From an uncultured Alphaproteobacteria bacterium (GTDB lineage Bacteria > Pseudomonadota > Alphaproteobacteria > Puniceispirillales > Puniceispirillaceae), in the NCBI GenBank assembly GCA_913064995.1, contig CAJYBL010000001.1, forward strand, positions 1 through 39,155: 39,155 nucleotides of DNA. Direction: 5' to 3'. The notes beneath the pieces are model-generated. The model was not told the DNA's origin, searched no databases, and worked only from the letters and a program-made list of their open reading frames with translations. Below, in pieces: positions 18,402-27,445 of this stretch (its first letter is position 1; every line of letters begins with the position of its first letter). Made by a program: the position numbers and the translations under genes.

Positions 18402-19475
18402 ATGGCTCAGCGTGAAATTCCATTTCTTTTTATGCGTGGCGGCACGTCGCGCGGCCCATATTTTAATGCAGCTGATTTGCCATCTGACCGTGATGCAATT
18501 GCTAAAATTCTGCTTCAGGCGGTTGGTACGGGTCATCCATTGAATATTGATGGTATTGGGGGTGGCAATGCGGTGACTAACAAGGTTGCGATGCTGTCAC
18601 GATCTGCTGATGATGCCGCCGATATTGATTATTTCTTTGCCCAGGTTTCGGTTTTGGAACAGCTTGTCGATTTCAAACCAACCTGCGGCAATATTCTATC
18701 GGGTGTTGGCCCAGCGGCAATTGAAATGGGGCTTATGCCAGCCACTGATCCAATTACTGAAGTGCGGATCAAGCTTGTCAATACAGGCGCTTTGGTTGTG
18801 GCAAGGGTGCAAACGCCGGGCGGTGTCGTGCACTATGATGGCGATACCGAAATTGATGGCGTGCCAGGAACCGCCGCGCGGATTGACCTTCAATTTATGG
18901 ATGTTGTTGGTGCGGCTACTGGTAAATTGCTGCCAACGGGTAATCTTCGCGATCAATTTGACAATATCGAAGTGACCTGTATGGATGTGGCAATGCCAAC
19001 GGTTACCGCGCGCGCCGATGCATTTGGTCTTTCCGGATATGAGTCTGTTCAAGAACTCGAAGCGAACAAAGGTTTCATGGCAAAGATGGAAACGGTTCGG
19101 CTTGCCGCTGGTTTGGCGATGGGCATGGGAGATGTGCGCAAATCTGTCACTCCAAAATTTGCGGTGTTTGCTCCGGCAAAGGCGGGTGGCACAATTAACG
19201 CGCGTTATTTCATGCCATGGCAGGCACATCCGACAATGGCAGTAACCGGGGCGCAATGTCTGGCCTCCTGCGCCATTACCCCAGGCAGTATTGCCGACGG
19301 GTTGTTAACGCGGCCAAGCGCCGGCCCTGCAACTGTTACCATTGAGCATCCGTCCGGAACGATTGATGTGGTTGTCGATTATGACATTACCGACAATGGG
19401 CTTGACTTGAAATCGGCTGGATTGGTGCGTACTGCGCGCAAGCTAGCATCAGGGCAGCTATTCATTTCCAACTAG
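18402..19475 (+). CDS. PrpF/FldA family isomerase (4-oxalomesaconate tautomerase-like)
   Basis: MRGGTSRG, IDGIGGG, NKVA, catalytic CGN, GDTEIDGVPGT, IEHPSG and RTARKL. AAGGA RBS before ATG 18402. Confidence 0.9.
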   Translation: MAQREIPFLFMRGGTSRGPYFNAADLPSDRDAIAKILLQAVGTGHPLNIDGIGGGNAVTNKVAMLSRSADDAADIDYFFAQVSVLEQLVDFKPTCGNILSGVGPAAIEMGLMPATDPITEVRIKLVNTGALVVARVQTPGGVVHYDGDTEIDGVPGTAARIDLQFMDVVGAATGKLLPTGNLRDQFDNIEVTCMDVAMPTVTARADAFGLSGYESVQELEANKGFMAKMETVRLAAGLAMGMGDVRKSVTPKFAVFAPAKAGGTINARYFMPWQAHPTMAVTGAQCLASCAITPGSIADGLLTRPSAGPATVTIEHPSGTIDVVVDYDITDNGLDLKSAGLVRTARKLASGQLFISN

Positions 19476-19519
19476 CCGCCTTTAGGAAATCTATATTGAC
19501 GTGCCTTGGGTAGTAGTCC

Positions 19520-19568
19520 GGTGGTAGCCGGTTATCATGCCGGCATGTTTGGTCACGCCGGCACCACC
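19520..19568. terminator. GC-rich hairpin between the convergent PrpF-like gene and tctA
   Basis: TGCCGGC...GCCGGCA (19538-19563), with outer GGTGGT/ACCACC complementarity. Confidence 0.45.
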
Positions 19569-19592
19569 TTCTATTCTATCAATGTTCGTCGT

Positions 19593-21236
19593 TTAGGCTT
19601 TGGATTGACTGCCAAACCGACGCCAGAGGATAGTGCTGCTAATCGCGATTGCCGCCACTGCTAAAGCAGTCCGCAGAAGACCACCCATCATGAATAGCGG
19701 CAGTGATAGGCTAAATAGCACTAGAGGCGAGAAGAGTCGTTCAAGTAATGAGCCCGTATTGCGATGCTTCTGATAAATCGGGAAAATCATCGAAAATACC
19801 GCAACAATAGCAAAGAATAACGACCAAGGCCGAACAAAGAATAACATGGGGTCGGCATCAATTGCCAAGGCCCTGGCTAAATTCAATTCGGCAATATTAC
19901 CAAGAACAACACCGAGGATCATTGGTGCCAATGGGAAGCCGAATTGGCGCATCACGAATCCCAAAATACCAAAGAAAAACAATGTCCAGATATCTTCAAT
20001 TGAATTATGAAGAGCAAAGACACCGATCGTCGCAAAGGTTAAGATAACAGTTGCCAGCACGTAAGTTTTGATCCGTGTTACAAGAACAAAAACACGTAGA
20101 ACACCTGACTGCATTCCAATCATGATGAAGCTTGCCAGGAAAAACGCTATGTAAATCGAGTATGCGAGTACTGGCTCGTCTTTTATGAAAGTTGGTCCGG
20201 GCACAATATCATGCATGAGCAAAGCCCCAAGCATGATTGCGGCTGTGATATCACCCGGAATACCGAGAGCCATTAGAGGCGTTAAGGCGCCACCTTCGAC
20301 TGCATTATTTGACGCTTCAGGTGCGATGATACCTCGAGGGTCTCCCTTGCCAAATTTGGAGTCATCTTTTGCGGCTTTTTTGGCTTGATCATAGGAAAGG
20401 ATATTTGCAATCGAACCGCCAGCACCGGGTAAAATTCCAGTGAACATTCCAATCAATGCTGAACGAATTACAACCACCCAGTTTTTCAGCAAGATACCGA
20501 TTGCGCGGCGATGTTCAATCTTTACCTTAACTTGTTTTCGGTCGCTTAGGGCATTGCGCGCAGTAACAGGGTTACGCAAATCAGATAGCAACTGGGAAAA
20601 GGCAAACAGGCCAATTAGCACGGCAATAAAGTCAAAACCGGTCAACAAATAATCAGAACCAAAATCAAAACGGCCAACACCAACCGCGTCATCTTCACCC
20701 ACTGTGCGAATTAACAAGCCAGCGGCACCGGCAATTAGCCCCTTGACTAGGTGCTCGCCAGCAAGTGACGCCGTCACTGTCAGGGCAAACATCACGAGCA
20801 TGAAAAAATCCCAAGGCTGGAACTCTAGACCTACCATCGCAAGTTGAGGTGCAAACAACACCAACAGAATTGCTGATATTATGCCTCCGCAAAAGGAAGA
20901 CCAGACACCTATGCCAAGTGCGAGACCGGGCTCACCTGCTCGAGCCATTGGGAAGCCATCAAATGTTGTTGCTACTGAGGACGGTGTTCCGGGTATACCA
21001 GTTAAGATGCCTGACATAAGGCCACCAGAAAGACCGCCAACTAAAACGGAAATCATTGTGGCTAGCCCTTGGGCGGGTGGCATCGAAAAAGTGAAAGGCA
21101 GCGTCAGGACGATCGCCATTGCAATGGTAAAGCCTGGTATAGAGCCGGCCATTAAACCCGCGCCAACACCAACGACCATGTAAATCAAAGTTACTGGATC
21201 AATAATATTCAAAAGCGCTTCAAGAAAAATATCCAT
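19593..21236 (-). CDS. tctA: Tripartite tricarboxylate transporter large permease (system 2)
   Basis: GSIPGF, GIPGTPSSVATTFDGFPMA and GIIAPEASNNA...LGIPGD. Confidence 0.95.
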   Translation of the reverse strand: MDIFLEALLNIIDPVTLIYMVVGVGAGLMAGSIPGFTIAMAIVLTLPFTFSMPPAQGLATMISVLVGGLSGGLMSGILTGIPGTPSSVATTFDGFPMARAGEPGLALGIGVWSSFCGGIISAILLVLFAPQLAMVGLEFQPWDFFMLVMFALTVTASLAGEHLVKGLIAGAAGLLIRTVGEDDAVGVGRFDFGSDYLLTGFDFIAVLIGLFAFSQLLSDLRNPVTARNALSDRKQVKVKIEHRRAIGILLKNWVVVIRSALIGMFTGILPGAGGSIANILSYDQAKKAAKDDSKFGKGDPRGIIAPEASNNAVEGGALTPLMALGIPGDITAAIMLGALLMHDIVPGPTFIKDEPVLAYSIYIAFFLASFIMIGMQSGVLRVFVLVTRIKTYVLATVILTFATIGVFALHNSIEDIWTLFFFGILGFVMRQFGFPLAPMILGVVLGNIAELNLARALAIDADPMLFFVRPWSLFFAIVAVFSMIFPIYQKHRNTGSLLERLFSPLVLFSLSLPLFMMGGLLRTALAVAAIAISSTILWRRFGSQSKA

Positions 21237-21243
21237 TTGAAGT

Positions 21244-21723
21244 TTACAACCCTGTCAAAGACCCGCGTGGCAGAAACACTTCCAACACGTAGGTGAATAA
21301 AAGCCACATGCCTCCGGAAGCTCCCAGTGCAACCAACAAATGCATTAAAATTGCACGCCAGCCACCCAGAACAGTTAGCAGGATAAAGCTGAATAAAATA
21401 TTGCCAATCAGCATGCCCAGATAGGGAAGTACAATTAGATAAAGAGCAAAAATTGAGAAAACAGCGATCACATTTCGCCAATATAAAATAAATTCGCCAA
21501 TGGACTTTCGCGGTGCAGCATCTTTAGCCTCTTTTGGCATCCGGATAGATTGCAATAGGTAAATCACGCTCAATACGCCAAGAATGATGATGATAAGCCG
21601 AGGCCAAGCTGCCGGTGACAAAACGCCGTAGTCAGGCTCGCGAATTTCAAAGCTGGCAAGCATAAGCCCGCCACTCAACATAATGAGGCACAATGCTACT
21701 AAGCTATCCCGATTTAGTGACAT
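21244..21723 (-). CDS. tctB: Tripartite tricarboxylate transporter small subunit (system 2)
   Basis: LSPAAWP motif, four TM helices and a C-terminal LEVFLPRG. Likely start is ATG 21723. Confidence 0.88.
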   Translation of the reverse strand: MSLNRDSLVALCLIMLSGGLMLASFEIREPDYGVLSPAAWPRLIIIILGVLSVIYLLQSIRMPKEAKDAAPRKSIGEFILYWRNVIAVFSIFALYLIVLPYLGMLIGNILFSFILLTVLGGWRAILMHLLVALGASGGMWLLFTYVLEVFLPRGSLTGL

Positions 21724-21762
21724 ATTAAGACCGCGCTGCTGGATAATCTTATTAAGAAGATA

Positions 21763-21787
21763 AGCTGGCAGCACTTGGCCGCCAGCT
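21763..21787 (-). terminator. Stem-loop between tctC and tctB (system 2)
   Basis: Minus-strand AGCTGGCGGC-CAAGT-GCTGCCAGCT followed by TATCTTCTT. Confidence 0.55.
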
Positions 21788-21832
21788 AAAAATTTTAGTC
21801 AAACAACTCACTTGCCGCAGCAGGTGACCAAA

Positions 21833-22813
21833 TTATTTTTTATACATACCAATCTCAATGGCAACAGCTTCATATGCTTTGTATAAGTCTCGGGAGTAGG
21901 CGGTGAACTCCTCGGGGCCTTGGTAACGTAGTCCGGTCCCCTTTGCTGCCATAGCCTTTTGTAAGCTTGGGTTATCAACAGCTTGCTTGATAATACCAGC
22001 CCACATATCGATGATCTCTTTTGGTGTTCCTTTTGGAGCTACAACACCGCGCTCAAGGGCAAAGCTCATATCAATGCCACGCTCTTTCAGGGTTGGCGTA
22101 TTTGGCAGCTGAGGGTCACGATTATCATTAGCAATTGCTAGAGCCTTAATTGTCCCGGCTTCCAAATGTTTTTTTCCAGAGGCAACGTTGACAGCCCCCA
22201 GTGTAATAGCACCGGAAAGCAACGCATTCATTCGCTCAGCAGTGCCATCATATGGGACGAGCTTTAGTTTTACTCCGGTTGCTTTTTGCAAAAGCAACCA
22301 AATGAAGTGAGATGTTGAACCAAATGTTGCCCCTGCTGTGACCTGCCCTGGGTTTGCCTTAGCATATGAAACCATTTCCTCAATTGAATTAAATGGAGCA
22401 TCGGCAGCGGCGCCAACGATATCAGGTGTGATAGTCACGTTTGCAACTGCGTCGAAGCCGTTATAATGAAAATCAATTCTTCCATTCAGAAAACTGGTAA
22501 TGGCTGATTGGTGGATCGCAAATAAGGTACAACCATCAGGTTTGGCTTTGGCTGCTTGCTTGGCGCCTTTGTTACCGCCCTGGCCGGGAACGGTTACCAC
22601 CTTCAGATTATAAGGTGTGTCCATTTCGCTAATGGTTTTTTCAACTAGCGCATACAGAACCTGCGTGCCGCCACCGGGCTTCCAAGGCACGATCAATTGA
22701 GCTGTTTCACAAGGAAGCTTTGGAACAGAATGAGATCCAGCCTGGGCAACGGATGACGCCAGCATGACGCCGGCTGCCACGGCTCCAAAAATTGAAAGTC
22801 TTGAATTCAGCAT
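21833..22813 (-). CDS. tctC: TTT substrate-binding protein (Bug/TctC, system 2)
   Basis: AAGGAG RBS before ATG 22813, signal peptide, LIVPWKPGGG, AKPDGCTL, GSTSH, VPYDG and PNTPTLKE. Confidence 0.92.
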   Translation of the reverse strand: MLNSRLSIFGAVAAGVMLASSVAQAGSHSVPKLPCETAQLIVPWKPGGGTQVLYALVEKTISEMDTPYNLKVVTVPGQGGNKGAKQAAKAKPDGCTLFAIHQSAITSFLNGRIDFHYNGFDAVANVTITPDIVGAAADAPFNSIEEMVSYAKANPGQVTAGATFGSTSHFIWLLLQKATGVKLKLVPYDGTAERMNALLSGAITLGAVNVASGKKHLEAGTIKALAIANDNRDPQLPNTPTLKERGIDMSFALERGVVAPKGTPKEIIDMWAGIIKQAVDNPSLQKAMAAKGTGLRYQGPEEFTAYSRDLYKAYEAVAIEIGMYKK

Positions 22814-22992
22814 AGTAAGATTACTCCTTCTTGCTTGGTTTAAGCGACAACATGTCAATAAAAATAGGCGCCGCGTTAAGTGCTTTTTAATCAATTAAGG
22901 TTGCAAAGGTTCACCGCACCGAGTCAATATAAATTTATTGAACAACCCTGTTTTTGATCACTAAATGCTCCGCCAAACGCTGTAGGAAAAAT

Positions 22993-23796
22993 ATGCTATC
23001 TGTAGGAATTATTGGCCTTGGAACCATCGGCAATGTTGTCGCGAAGGCGCTTGATGAGGGAATTAATGGCATGTCGCTGGTGGCAATTGCGTCAGGCCGG
23101 CGTGATAAGGCACTTGCCAGCATTGCCGGCCTTTCATCACCAGTTGAATTCATGTCAATTGACGAGGTGGCAGCTTGCTGTGACGTGATTGTGGATTGTG
23201 CGCCAAAATCGGTGTTTCGCGATATTGCTATTGAGGCTTTTTCGCGGGGGCGCATTTTGGTGACGGTAAGCGGTGCTGGCATTCTTGCGAATGAAGACAT
23301 CGAAGACATGGCACGCGAAAATGGTGGTCAGCTTGTTCTTGCAACCGGCGCATTGCTGGGGCTTGATGCGGTTCGTGCCGCGGCTGAGGGCAACATCCAT
23401 TCGGTGCGCATGATTACCCGCAAACCGCCAAACGCGCTAAAAGATGCGCCGCATATCATCAACAATAATATCAGCCTTGATCGGCTGAACGGTGCCATTC
23501 AGGTTTTCAAAGGCAGCGCCCGCGAGGGGGCCAAGGCTTTTCCAGCCAATGTCAATGTTGCGGCGGCTTTGGGGCTTGCCGGTATTGGCGCCGACGCAAC
23601 TGAGCTTGAAGTTTGGGCCGACCCGCATCTTGACCGCAATACACATTCGATTGAAGTCGATGCCGATAGTGCAAAATTCACGTTGCAGATTCAAAATGTG
23701 CAATCTGAGAACAATCCGGGAACCGGCAAGATTACCGCTTTAAGCGTGATCGCCTGTTTGCGGGGCATGACGGCACCGATGAAAATTGGCAGCTAG
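22993..23796 (+). CDS. nadX: L-aspartate dehydrogenase family protein
   Basis: GLGTIG, TGALLGLD, TRKPP, GSAREGAKAFPANVNVAAAL and NTHSI (catalytic His). Likely start is ATG 22993. Confidence 0.9.
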   Translation: MLSVGIIGLGTIGNVVAKALDEGINGMSLVAIASGRRDKALASIAGLSSPVEFMSIDEVAACCDVIVDCAPKSVFRDIAIEAFSRGRILVTVSGAGILANEDIEDMARENGGQLVLATGALLGLDAVRAAAEGNIHSVRMITRKPPNALKDAPHIINNNISLDRLNGAIQVFKGSAREGAKAFPANVNVAAALGLAGIGADATELEVWADPHLDRNTHSIEVDADSAKFTLQIQNVQSENNPGTGKITALSVIACLRGMTAPMKIGS

Positions 23797-23862
23797 GTAG
23801 TTTGCATGAGCCGCAGATAAAAATCTAAATTCAACGATTGATTTTCATAAAGGGGCAGCAAA

Positions 23863-24720
23863 ATGCGGCTAGTTGCATTTGAACAGGTGGATGGATCACA
23901 TATTGGCGTAATCACTGATCGGGGTGTTGTTGATTTGTCGCGCATTGACCCTGCTGCGCCACGCGATCTTGACGCGGTGATAAAGGCAGGTCAGCTTGAT
24001 CAGCTTGTCGCGCTTATGGCCAAGGCTGGCGATGAGACTCATCATCAGATCGGGGATATCACCATCGGACTGCCAGTCGCAAAGCCGGGCAAAATTTTGT
24101 GTCTTGGGTTGAATTACATGGATCATGTTGCCGAAGGGCCATTTGACAAACAGCCCTTTCCGGCAATTTTTATGCGCAGCGCCACCTCGCTTGTAGCGGC
24201 TAATCAGCCAATCATTGCACCCGCCGTCTCTGAAACGCTTGATTATGAAGCCGAATTGGCAGTGATCATTGGAAAGAAATGCAAAAATCTGACCGAGGAT
24301 AACGCGCTTGACGCCATTGCTGGCTATAGCTGTTTTAATGATGGGTCGGTTCGTGAATTTCAGCGGCACACGATTCAATGGACGATGGGCAAGAATTTTG
24401 ACAAGACCGGCCCGTTTGGCCCCATCATGGTTACGCCAGACGAATTGCCAAAAGCGGCAGCAGGTCTAAAAATCGAATGCCGGTTAAATGGTCAAACTGT
24501 GCAATCAAGCACAACGGATATGATGATTTTTCCGGTTATTGAAACCCTTGTCTATATTACCAAGGCATTAACGCTTGAACCGGGTGATCTTGTTGTCATG
24601 GGAACCCCGTCAGGAGTTGGTCATGCCCGCAAGCCGCCATTGTGGATGAAAGATGGTGATCTTGTCGAAATCGAGATTGAAGGCATTGGCATTCTTGCCA
24701 ACCCGATCAAAGCCGAGTGA
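23863..24720 (+). CDS. Fumarylacetoacetate hydrolase (FAH) family protein
   Basis: GKILCLGLNYMDH, LDYEAELAVIIGK, FNDGSVR, GKNFD, GDLVVMGTPSGVG. Confidence 0.93.
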   Translation: MRLVAFEQVDGSHIGVITDRGVVDLSRIDPAAPRDLDAVIKAGQLDQLVALMAKAGDETHHQIGDITIGLPVAKPGKILCLGLNYMDHVAEGPFDKQPFPAIFMRSATSLVAANQPIIAPAVSETLDYEAELAVIIGKKCKNLTEDNALDAIAGYSCFNDGSVREFQRHTIQWTMGKNFDKTGPFGPIMVTPDELPKAAAGLKIECRLNGQTVQSSTTDMMIFPVIETLVYITKALTLEPGDLVVMGTPSGVGHARKPPLWMKDGDLVEIEIEGIGILANPIKAE

Positions 24721-24877
24721 TGCCAGCCCCATTTTCGGTTTTCATCAAAAATTTTGTTAGATTTTTGCTAGTGCCTTCATATCCGTAAACCAAAAAATGC
24801 GCCAAATTTAGGCTTGAGAAAATATAAATCTGGGAAACTCAAATTATGATCGCATTTTGCCTTTTTGCTGGCGTTGA

Positions 24878-25279
24878 TCAGGCAGGTGGTTCAACAAGCC
24901 GGGTGGCAAAATCTGCAGGCGATACGATTTCCAGAACTTCAAAATCATCCGAGCAGGCAATTTCACGATGTTTGATCATAGGTACTTGTAACACTGTATC
25001 ACCTTTTCGGATGGTGCGCTCTCCTTTGCCTTCATATTCAAATATGGCCCAGCCATTCAACACATAAACAAGCTGGAAGTTGCAGTCGTGAACATGCCAT
25101 GACTGAATGCCATCTCCACTTTCAGTTTGGTTGCGACGAATCACATGCGCAACAAAATCTCCATTTGTGCCATCCTTGATGCCAAGGTCACGATAGTCAA
25201 AGATCTTGCGAAGGCCGGGCGTCCATGTGGCGCTCTCTTCGCTGTGGTGAACAAATTCCCAATTATCACGATTGGTCAT
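24878..25279 (-). CDS. Cupin domain protein
   Basis: Cupin motif 1 WHVH....QLVYVLNG and motif 2 GDTVLQVPMIKH. AAGGAG RBS. Confidence 0.88.
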   Translation of the reverse strand: MTNRDNWEFVHHSEESATWTPGLRKIFDYRDLGIKDGTNGDFVAHVIRRNQTESGDGIQSWHVHDCNFQLVYVLNGWAIFEYEGKGERTIRKGDTVLQVPMIKHREIACSDDFEVLEIVSPADFATRLVEPPA

Positions 25280-25526
25280 GAGTCTGATTCTCCTTCTCGC
25301 TATGATGCAGCGCTGGTAAGTAAATCCATTTTGGCGGAGAAGGGCGCAATGGCAAAGCCAATGATGAACGATGCCAAATACTTTCTTTGACTCCGCAGTC
25401 TGGATTATTGGTCTTGGTTATGGTTTCGAACTTGGACATTTGGTCTTATTGCAAAGTTATTTAACAAAAAATAAGGCGATATTGCCATTCGCATATGTCC
25501 GTGAAGCGCGATTATGTTCTTAGGGG

Positions 25527-26348
25527 CTAAATATTAAGAGGCATATGCCGGTTTACATCTTTATAGAGCAAATAGCGGAACGGTTCAGGCCCTCCAGCAT
25601 AGCAGGCCTGCGGGCAAAAAGCGCGAAGCCACATATAGTCACCGGCCTCGACCTCGACCCAATCTTGATTTAAATGATAAACAGCCTTTCCACTTAGAAC
25701 GAAAAGCCCATGTTCCATCACATGCGTTTCGGCAAAAGGGATCGTGCCGCCCGGTTGAAAGGTCACGATATTCACATGCATGTCATGGCGTAAATCGGTC
25801 GGATCAACAAATCTTGTAGTTGCCCAGCGCCCATCAGTATCGGGCATGGCGACTGGGTCAATAGCGCCATCGCTTGTCACAAAAGCATCAGGCTGGTCAA
25901 TGCCGCTAACCGCGTTATAACGTTTGCGAATCCAGTGAAAGCTAGCTGTCTGGCGGCCATTATTGATGATCGTCCAATCACATCCTGCTGGCAGATAGAC
26001 ATAGCTTCCAATCGTTAAGGGGTGCGCTGTACCGTCAATGGTTACGGTCATTGAACCGCTTGTCACAAAAAGGACCGATTGCGCGTCGACATTATCATCA
26101 GGCCGATCGCTGCCACCACCTGATTCAATTTCCATCAGATAATGTGAAAAGGTCTCAGAAAAGCCAGTCATGGGGCGCGCCAGAACCCACAATCTGGTCT
26201 TGTTCCAGAACGGCAGATAGCTTGTTACGATGTCCGATAAAACGCCTTTTGGGATTATCGCATATCCTGTGGTGAAAACAGCGCGATCTGACAATAATTG
26301 AGATTGCGGCGGCAGGCCGCCTGATGGTGTCCAATAAGGGGCGCTCAA
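25527..26348 (-). CDS. allE: (S)-ureidoglycine aminohydrolase (YlbA/AllE bicupin)
   Basis: GGLPPQ..LLSDRAVFT, FHWIRK.Y, HDMHVNIVTF.PG..IPFAETHVMEHGL and FRYLLYKDVNRH. Confidence 0.9.
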   Translation of the reverse strand: MSAPYWTPSGGLPPQSQLLSDRAVFTTGYAIIPKGVLSDIVTSYLPFWNKTRLWVLARPMTGFSETFSHYLMEIESGGGSDRPDDNVDAQSVLFVTSGSMTVTIDGTAHPLTIGSYVYLPAGCDWTIINNGRQTASFHWIRKRYNAVSGIDQPDAFVTSDGAIDPVAMPDTDGRWATTRFVDPTDLRHDMHVNIVTFQPGGTIPFAETHVMEHGLFVLSGKAVYHLNQDWVEVEAGDYMWLRAFCPQACYAGGPEPFRYLLYKDVNRHMPLNI

Positions 26349-26522
26349 ATCATCATCTCCTGTGTCATGCTGTTGTGACTATTTGCGGCAATGCCGATTA
26401 CCCGATTTATCTACGTCAATTAGGGCAGTTTTTATAACCTTGTCAAATTTTGACCAATGGTAAAGGGGGGTTGCCCAAAGTTATTGCCAAAGCTGTGGAT
26501 TGTTTCAAATGCCGATTGTGAC

Positions 26523-27380
26523 CTATTTCAAAAATTGATTAGCATCTTCATCATAACCGTCTTCACGCGTTAATTGCCGCAAAATGGCTGAATCGATCAC
26601 TGGTGGTGCATCATCAGGATTTGCCTGTCCAAGCACTTGCTGGATTGCGCTATAGGTCGCGGCAAGTGATGCCAGATAGGGTTGATGCCCCCGAAGACAT
26701 ATGCGCGCGCCCATTTTTGCCAGATCATCGGCTTTTGGCGCAATTGATCCAATGCCGCCAAGCATGATGGGAAGATCGGTTGTGGCACAAAGCGCGGTCA
26801 AATCTTCAAGGGATCTGGCACCGATCAACGTAATGCCGTCAACACCGGTTTTTTCATAAGCCTTGATCCGGGCGATGCAATCGTCACGGCCGGTAATGGT
26901 GGCAGCACTGGTACGCGCCAAAATAACCAAATCGGCATCAACACGCCCTGACATAGCCGCCCGCATTTTGCCAACAGCTTCATCAATATTCAAGAGCCGT
27001 GTTGCCTTAGATCCAAAAGGCTGGGGCAGATCAGTATCTTCAATGGTGATTGCGGCAAGGCCAGAATGGTCAAGTTCGCGGATTGTGCGCTGTACATTCA
27101 TTGCATTGCCATAGCCATGATCAGCATCGGCAATGACCGCCAGATCACCAGCCCGGCAAATCCGCAAGGCCATATCGGCAAATTCTGACGCAGTAATCAG
27201 CATTTTATCGGGTGCGCCAAGGATCGACATTGCCGCCACTGATCCGGCAAGCATGCCAACCTGGCCGCCAAGTTCTTCAACCATACGCGCCGATAAAGGA
27301 TTAAAAACCGTTGCTGGTGTGACGCAGTCATTGCCTGCCAAGATCTGCCGAAACCGTCGACGCCGTGCTGTCCAATTCAT
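26523..27380 (-). CDS. Oxaloacetate decarboxylase (PA4872-type), isocitrate lyase/PEP mutase superfamily
   Basis: ADADHGYGNAMNV.RT..EL and TIEDT.LP..FG. It lacks the KKCGH loop of ICL/PrpB, as PA4872 does. Likely start is ATG 27380. Confidence 0.8.
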   Translation of the reverse strand: MNWTARRRRFRQILAGNDCVTPATVFNPLSARMVEELGGQVGMLAGSVAAMSILGAPDKMLITASEFADMALRICRAGDLAVIADADHGYGNAMNVQRTIRELDHSGLAAITIEDTDLPQPFGSKATRLLNIDEAVGKMRAAMSGRVDADLVILARTSAATITGRDDCIARIKAYEKTGVDGITLIGARSLEDLTALCATTDLPIMLGGIGSIAPKADDLAKMGARICLRGHQPYLASLAATYSAIQQVLGQANPDDAPPVIDSAILRQLTREDGYDEDANQFLK

Positions 27381-27445
27381 GCTGCCATGTCCTTTGGTAA
27401 AATTCAATTTGGGGTTGTTTAGCCATTGCAAAACAGGGTGTTTGC

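Noticed and set aside
24878-25279. Cupin-type DMSP lyase (DddK/Q/W)
   Set aside because: Motif 1 has Gln where those lyases have the metal-binding Glu. It looks like a generic small cupin.
26523-27380. PEP mutase (phosphonate biosynthesis) or methylisocitrate lyase
   Set aside because: It lacks the EDKxxxxxNS motif of PepM and the KxCGH motif of PrpB/ICL. It fits the PA4872 oxaloacetate decarboxylase type.
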